64,000 nucleotides of DNA from Octopus vulgaris (taxonomy: Eukaryota), in the NCBI GenBank assembly GCA_951406725.2, contig CATOCA020000001.1, forward strand, positions 4,216,001 through 4,280,000, in the 5' to 3' direction. The notes below the pieces were generated by a model. That model worked only from the letters and a program-made list of their open reading frames with translations, made no database searches and was not told the DNA's origin. The position numbers and the translations under genes are program-made. The stretch's first letter is position 1. Each line of letters opens with the position of its first letter. Of this stretch, positions 56,531-64,000 are shown piece by piece.

Positions 56531-56578
56531 GTGTATATCAATTCTATATATCGATATTTCAATATGCATATATATACA

Positions 56579-56669
<91 letters not shown>

Positions 56670-56697
56670 AAAGAGAGAGAGAGAGAGAGACAGAGAG

Positions 56698-56762
<65 letters not shown>

Positions 56763-56952
56763 TGCGTTAGTGTGTGCTAAAATATTGGTTCGTTTCTTGT
56801 TCAGTAAATAACATTGTATTTGTGATACAAAATTTGTCCACCCATCCTTTGCTTAACAACCACTTGAGTTTACAGGCAAACACATCATGTGTGCGTGTGT
56901 GTGTGTGTGTGTGTCTGTTTCATGTATGTGTCTGTGTGTTTCTAATACTCAC

Positions 56953-57150
56953 AGAATATGGCATCCGTTTAATAGCAGATCGGGGAATGTTAAGGTTCGC
57001 ATTTTGTTTTTCCCTCTTAAGTGCTGACACTCCAAATTTGACCAACTGGTGGATGCTGATAACTATTCCATCGACAAATTCTGGCCATCTGAAGTGTTTT
57101 GTTTTTCTAAACAATTGTTTTCAAGTATTTTTATATTTTTCAGTATAAAA
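56953..57150 (-). pseudogene. Exon-like 198-nt segment of an unidentified decayed gene (FYTEKYKNT*KQLFRKTKHFRWPEFVDG..MPYS); sister ~47649-47846
   Basis: gtattcag| acceptor and |gtgagt donor; one stop in this copy, while the sister copy is open but has lost the donor. Confidence 0.4.
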
Positions 57151-57602
57151 CTGAATACATCCACCCCACCCCCGTCACTACCATTATAGTTGTCATCACT
57201 ATCATCAACATCTTCGTGTCATTACATGAATTATTAATTAATATTAATATTGCCCGTTCATTAAAAATTTTCCAGTATTATGCAAATTTTAGGCTAGTTC
57301 ATATATATTTCAATTGTTAAAAGGCAAATTTACAGCAGTTACAGCGTGGTAAGAATTCTCTCTTCACCTAAAAGTATATAAAAACGCCATTTATGTCCAG
57401 TGCCAGGATCACAGACGTTGATGTTTCTAGCACTTTCGCTGTTGAGATAGAAGCACTGGACACATATGTTGTTTTAATACCTTTTCACCTTGTCGATCAA
57501 CAGTGGATATATATCAGAAACATATTTCAACTAACCTAGATACAATAAATATATATATATACATATATATATATGTGTGTGTGTGTGTGTAATATATATA
57601 TG

Positions 57603-57747
<145 letters not shown>

Positions 57748-58856
57748 ATATGTATACATTTTCGTGCCAGGGAAAGTACCACTGAAGCTATATTCCTGGT
57801 AAGGCAGCTGCAGGAGAAACACCTACAAAAGATAAGCCCCTGTACCTGGCTTTTGTTGACAAGGAGAAAGCTTTCGACAGGGTCCCCCGATCCCTTATCT
57901 GGTGGTCAATGAGGACACGAAGGATAGATGACTAGTTAGTCGTGACTAGTCGATCCTTACTTTGTGTTTTTGTGTTTCATTTACTTTGCTAGGTAATCGT
58001 TGTAGGATCGACTAGTCACGACTATCTAGCGAGGATGCGCGAGTACGCGAGGGCGCGCCCCAGGACCACTCTTCTTAAATAAATGGTATCCAGTTTCCAC
58101 AGCGGAGAAATCCACCCTTGTTAAAACATAAACACAAAACTCTACCATTTCAGGCTGACTTAGCAGAGACCCTACTCTGTGTTACCTCCATCTCTGTTCA
58201 CCAAAAAGCGGCCACGACCTTGTAAGTTTCGTAACGAAAAACAAAAACATTAATTTCCTGATCTCATAATTTGGATCACGCACATCTACGATAATTAATA
58301 TCGTATTATTAATTTATAGACACACAGACAGAGTTTAAGATGAAAGGATGTTCATTCAAGCGTTAAATGGTCCCAAATGAAATTAAATGCCTTACCTCAG
58401 TTTAGTTTTAAACGGTAGCAACGTATCCGGGGTTCCAATTAATTTCAAATTTTCTTTTGCCGGATTTAATTTCGATGGCAAGTAAGCGGAGATAACTCTC
58501 GAAATACATGCGGGGTTGGGGTATGTGTTAAGTAGCTTGCGTATCAAGCACATAGTTCCGGGTTCAGTCCCACTGCGTGGCACCTTGAACGAGTGTCTTC
58601 TACTATAGCCTCGGCCGACAAAAGCCTTGTGAGTGGATCTCGTAGACGGAAACTGAAGGAAGCCCCGTCGTAAATATGTACATGTTTGGCCCGAGAAAAC
58701 ACTTGCCCAAGCTGCCACACAGTGGGACTGATGTCGGAACCAGGTGGTTGGTAAACAAGCTACTTACCACTCAGCCACTCCTACGCCTACAGTCTCAAAG
58801 ACTGAAAATTATTTTAGAATTCTCTATCTTATATTTTGCTTACACGCTCCCATACA

Positions 58857-58992
<136 letters not shown>

Positions 58993-59683
58993 CTTTTAGC
59001 TGAAGGCAGAGATTTATTGTATAGATTAAATAAGTATATGAGGTTTATACATTTTATTTCAGGAAAAATTGATTCACAAATTTTGAATTTCCTTAAAATA
59101 TAAAAATCCAAAACATTTTCTTTCCTTCAAATTTATCAACTATTTTGGAGATTCTTTAAAAACATATAAACATTCTCTTCTTGTAAACATACTTGAAATC
59201 CTGGACACAATTTTTATTGTTTATAAAATGATTTGAGAAAACCAGCTCAACTGTGAATATAAAAGTATGTATGTTCGCGTTTCATGCATGCATGCATGCA
59301 TGTATGTATGTATGTATGTATGTATGTATGTATGTATGTATGTATGTATGTGAAGTATATAAAAATTTATATAATGAGCAAGCTATAAAAATATACAATA
59401 TGTAAAAATTAGTGAGAAAAAGGCAGATATACAGTAAATATATAATTACACATTTATTGGATGGGTGTTGATTCTCAAGAGTTCCTCCGCCCTTTAACGG
59501 GTTTTGTTTTTCATCCCGCAGGGTGTCCAGTAAAAACCCTCCTCACCAAGCAAGCTTGGTGTACGTATGTATGTATGTATAGAAAATCCATCATTGAAGC
59601 ATGCTGTAAATGTGTTAGTACCTGATAGACCTGCTACATTTCCGAATATAGTAGTTCCACAAATAGATACACTTAAAATATGC

Positions 59684-60169
59684 ACCAGGCTCCAGTCTGA
59701 TCTGGCAGTGTTTCTACAGTTGGATGCCCTTCCTAACGCCAACCACTCCGTGAGTGTAGTGGGTGCTTTTTACGTGCCACCTGCCCAGGTGCCAGGCGAG
59801 GCTGGCAACGGCCACGGGTGGATTGGTGCATTTTACGTGCCATTGGCACGGAAGCCAGTCAAAGCGGCGCTGGCATCGGCCACGATTCGAACGGCGCTTT
59901 TTACGTGCCACCGGCACGGAAGCCACTCTAGGCAGCGCTGGCATCGGCCACATTAAGATGGTGCCTTTTACGTGCCACCGCCACCGGGTTCACAATTGCA
60001 GTTTCCATTGATTTTGACGTTGGTGTACTTGACTCAATGGATCTCCTCAAGCAAAGAGTCGAAATGGTGTTTCTTCACTTGCCACCTGCACAGGAGTCAG
60101 TCCAGCGGTCCTGGCAACTGCCGGGTGCCAGTCATAGGATTGGTTCAATTTCGATTCCGATTTCACTTG

Positions 60170-60170
<1 letters not shown>
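59684..60170 (-). mobile_element. RTE-type 3'UTR fragment terminating the segmental array; another RTE 3' end at 62680-62975(+)
   Basis: Reverse complement of ggttggcgttaggaagggcatcc and the gcacgtaaaa repeats seen at 55900-56420. Confidence 0.75.
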
Positions 60171-60214
<44 letters not shown>

Positions 60215-60535
60215 AAAGAAAAGAGAACAGAAAGAGAAAAAAAAACGATTCAAAGAAAACTAGAGAGAGTGGGAAGAGGGAAAGAAGAGAGAGAATTGGG
60301 GACACAAAAAATAGAGTTAATAATTATTAAATATCACATCAGCAGGTTATGAAGGATTTCGTGAAATTTCGACAGCTAGATGTTTGTTCTCAAGATAAGA
60401 CTTGTTTTTCTTTACCTAGAAAGTACAGCCTAGTCTTCTGCAGAACATTATTTCCAATATATTTACAGGCAAATGTCTGGTAAAAATCTAAGAAATATAA
60501 GTTTGTAATTTTATAAAAACATTACTTCCAACATA

Positions 60536-60697
60536 GGCGCAGGAGTGGCTGTGTGGTAAGTAGCTTGTTTACCAGCCACATGGTTCCGGGTTCAGTCCCA
60601 CTGCGTGGTACCTTGGGCAAGTGTCTTCTACTATAGTCTCGGGCCGACCAAAGCCTTGTGTGTGGATTTGGCAGATGGAAACTGAAAGAAGCCCGTC

Positions 60698-60741
<44 letters not shown>

Positions 60742-60964
60742 GCGTGTGTGTGTTTGTGTGTCTGTGTTTGTCCCCCCAGCATTGCTTGACAACCGGTGCT
60801 GGTGTGTTTATGTCCCCGTTACTTAGCGGTTTGGCAAAAGAGACCGATAGAATAAGTACTGGGCTTACAAAAGAATAAGTCCCGGGGTCGAGTTGCTCGA
60901 TTAAAGGCGGTGCTCCAGCATGGCCGCAGTCAAATGACTGAAACAAGTAAAAGAGTAAAAGAGA
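60536..60964 (+). mobile_element. Full-length tRNA-derived SINE (family 1); partial copies ~21672-21820(-), 34718-34882(+), 45893-46274(-), 53014-53390(-), 61903-62110(-), 63587-63744(+)
   Basis: ggcgcaggagtggctgtgtggtaag (A box) ..ggttcagtccc (B box), internal (TA)n, tail gtaaaagagtaaaagag. Confidence 0.9.
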
Positions 60965-62111
60965 GGGATATGTATATTGTCCATTTGCACGTACTATATT
61001 GTGTATGTGTGTGTGTGAGAGTGTTTATCAGTGTATGCTTCTGTGTATACTGTGCCTAGTATATGCATGATCAAGTACTTTAAATTCAGATGAATATGGT
61101 ACTTAAATTAAAGGCACCAGAATTTTGTATGGTATTATCCATATAAATCAAATGGGGTGATTATAATCAAAATAAGCAACAAGGATATCCAAGGTAGTGT
61201 AGTACAATCGTTTCATGCTACTTCATTTAATTAATCAATGTAAGAATTACATCAGTTTTAAAATGTAGAGCACTCTTCAGCCACATATGGAATTTTTAAA
61301 ATTAAATTGACAATGTTCATTTTTATACTTATTCCATTTGCCAACAGACACAAAGAGTGTAGGTATATAGACAGAGATACCGAAGATTTAATCCCACTGC
61401 ATAACTTCTTGAACAAGTGTCTTCTTCCATAATCTTGCATCAACCTAGGTGAACAGAAATTGTATGAGGGCTCATAGGATGTACCTCATTGGTATTTCCA
61501 AAGCCAACTTTGTTATACCCGTTGCCATGCTGATTCTGTCTGAGAATAAGATTGAGAATACGCGTCTCTGTAGAATACTAAGCCACTTGTGTGTGAATAC
61601 ATCGTTTTTGTTTTTGGTTTGCAAGATTCTTTATGTGAATTCGTGTGTTGAAGCATATTTTGTTGTGTCTGGGGAGAGCCATTCTCTTTTGGGTGCCTTA
61701 TTACTTAACACACTCACCGGTTCGATTTCCACTCATTTATTTCCACTTATTTATTTATTTAATTATGTATTACATTTGACAGATATTTGTCCTCATCTTC
61801 TTTGTTGTTAACACAACTTTTCGGCAGGTATACCCTCCAGGCTTCATCAGGAGTCTTGAGGAAATTTCGAACCTGGGTTCTCATTCCTAAGGTATTTTTC
61901 AATACTCTTTTACTTGTTTCAGTCATTTGACTGCAGCCATGATGGAGCACCGCCTTTAATCGAGCAACTCGACCCCGGGACTTATTCTTTGTAAGCCCAG
62001 TACTTATTCTATCGGTCTCTTTTCCCGAACCTCTAAGTTACGGGGCCGTAAACACACCAGCATCGGTTGTCAAATGATGTAGGGGGGAGAAACACAGACA
62101 CACACACACAC

Positions 62112-62164
<53 letters not shown>

Positions 62165-62173
62165 TATATATAT

Positions 62174-62508
62174 ATATTCCTCTTCTAATGGGGATGTCTT
62201 TGGAATATTCCTCTTCTAATGGGGATGTCTTTGGTTTTCATGAGTCCCTCTTTTGTTTGGAGGTGTAGGACTGTTTGCCATTTATTCATAGAGTGCTCTA
62301 TGAATTTTATGATTGTTGGTGCTATTTTGTTAATGGCTAGTGTTTCGAGGATCCATGTGTGGGGGATGCTATCAAACGCCTTTTTGTAGTCAATCCAGGC
62401 CATACTGAGGCCTTTCTTCTTTCTGTGGCTGTCTTCAGTTACGGCTTTATTAATCATTAGTTGATCTTTACAGCCATATGAGCCCTTGCGGCATCCTTTC
62501 TGCTCTTC
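62174..62508 (-). mobile_element. R4-clade RT fragment abutting a ~170-bp (TTA)n
   Basis: EQKGCRKGSYGCKDQL..WIDYKKAFDSIPH..IRRGIFQ; 31-bp tandem duplication at the break. Confidence 0.85.
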
Positions 62509-62680
<172 letters not shown>

Positions 62681-63274
62681 AAAAGCACCGTCCGTATCGT
62701 GGCCGATGCCAGCGCCGCCTTGACTGGCTTCCGTGCCAATGGCACATAAGCACCGAGCAATAGTGGCCGTTGCAAGCCTCGCCTGGCACCTGCGGCACGT
62801 AAGAAGCACCCACTACACTCACTGATTTGTTGGTGTTAGGAAGGGCATCGAGCTGCAGGAACACTGCGAAGTCAGACTAGAGCCTGGTGCAGCCTCTTGG
62901 CTTCCCAGACCCCGGTCGAACCGTCCAACCCATACTAGCATGAAAAACGGACGTTAAACAATGATGATGATGATATATATATATATATATGAATAAATAA
63001 ATGATTGCATCTTGCACCCTTTATTCCTTTGGAATGAAACTATGTTGTCTTCGAAACATATGTCGAGAGTAAAGGAATTTTGCTAACATCTTCGTTCGAC
63101 TCCATTCTTTTATTTATTCATATATAACACAAATTTCTGCACATGAACCCAGAGTTTCTACCCTTGGACAGGTCGCTTCAATCATGTTTCTCACGTGAAT
63201 TTGCTACCCTAGTATCGGTTCATCGAATTTTCCATGTTGACGGTAAACATAGGATAATTCATTCGCATATAGAA

Positions 63275-63317
<43 letters not shown>

Positions 63318-63554
63318 CATACACACACATATATCCCCCCCTTTCTAATTTTTAAAAAAACTTCTTAAAACATAAATATTCTTGACAAGTCATACAATGA
63401 CGAAAACCGGTTGAATAAATATATATTTATATATTTTATCAATTTCTCATTTTATTAAAATTTTCTTTCATTTGAGCATTCTGCATTTAAAAAAATTTTT
63501 CCTTACTTATCATTTCTCCACGTGCGGTCAACACAACCCACCACCATTTATTGA

Positions 63555-63588
<34 letters not shown>

Positions 63589-64000
63589 GAGTGGCTGTGT
63601 GGTAAGTAGCTTGTTTACCAACCACATGGTTCTGGGCTCAGTCCCATTGTGTGGTAGCTTGGGCAAGTGTCTTCTACTATAGCCTCTGGCCGACCAAAGC
63701 CTAGTGAATGGATTTGGTAGACGGAAACTGAAAGAAGCCCGTCGTATATATGTATATATATATCTCAATTTTCACTCATTAAATTCCTGAAATTTCTATA
63801 ACCATATTAATCTAAAGAAACTTGTCCCTTTTCACATCTTAGATAAACTTTTTAGGTCACTTTTAGAAAAGCAGGACGTGAGTACATATCCATCAGTTTA
63901 TCTATCTATCTAGTTAAACATACACGCATAGATACGTACATACATATATATTTATACATACACACACATATATGTATGTTTGTATGTATGTACATATGTC

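Noticed and set aside
60536-60610. tRNA gene
   Set aside because: The A/B boxes belong to a SINE head; no complete cloverleaf is present.

Overview
AT-rich, microsatellite- and SINE-dense eukaryotic DNA, most likely a cephalopod (Octopus-type SINEs, RTE, Penelope and R4-clade LINEs; this assignment is inferred from repeat content). The only credible live gene is largely missed by the ORF track. It is a minus-strand extracellular LRR protein gene: a signal-peptide/LRRNT exon (16112-16322) followed by seven intact 72-nt, phase-2/phase-2 single-LRR exons. These lie in a ~3-kb tandem array (1-12850) that runs off the left edge. The exons alternate between two types, are nearly invariant in the scaffold, and vary mainly at predicted concave-face codons. 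Dead LRR exon relics and very long GAA/GGA tracts lie between them. This resembles a modular, diversifying (VLR-like or exon-shuffling) recognition locus. The rest of the window holds transposon debris (Helitron, hAT with a solo LTR, R4/Dong-like, RTE, Penelope), several minimal hammerhead ribozyme motifs including U3:A8 core variants, and a second ~6.7-kb-unit tandem array (36.8-59.7 kb) carrying decayed exon-like segments of an unidentified gene. Most listed ORFs are microsatellite artefacts.
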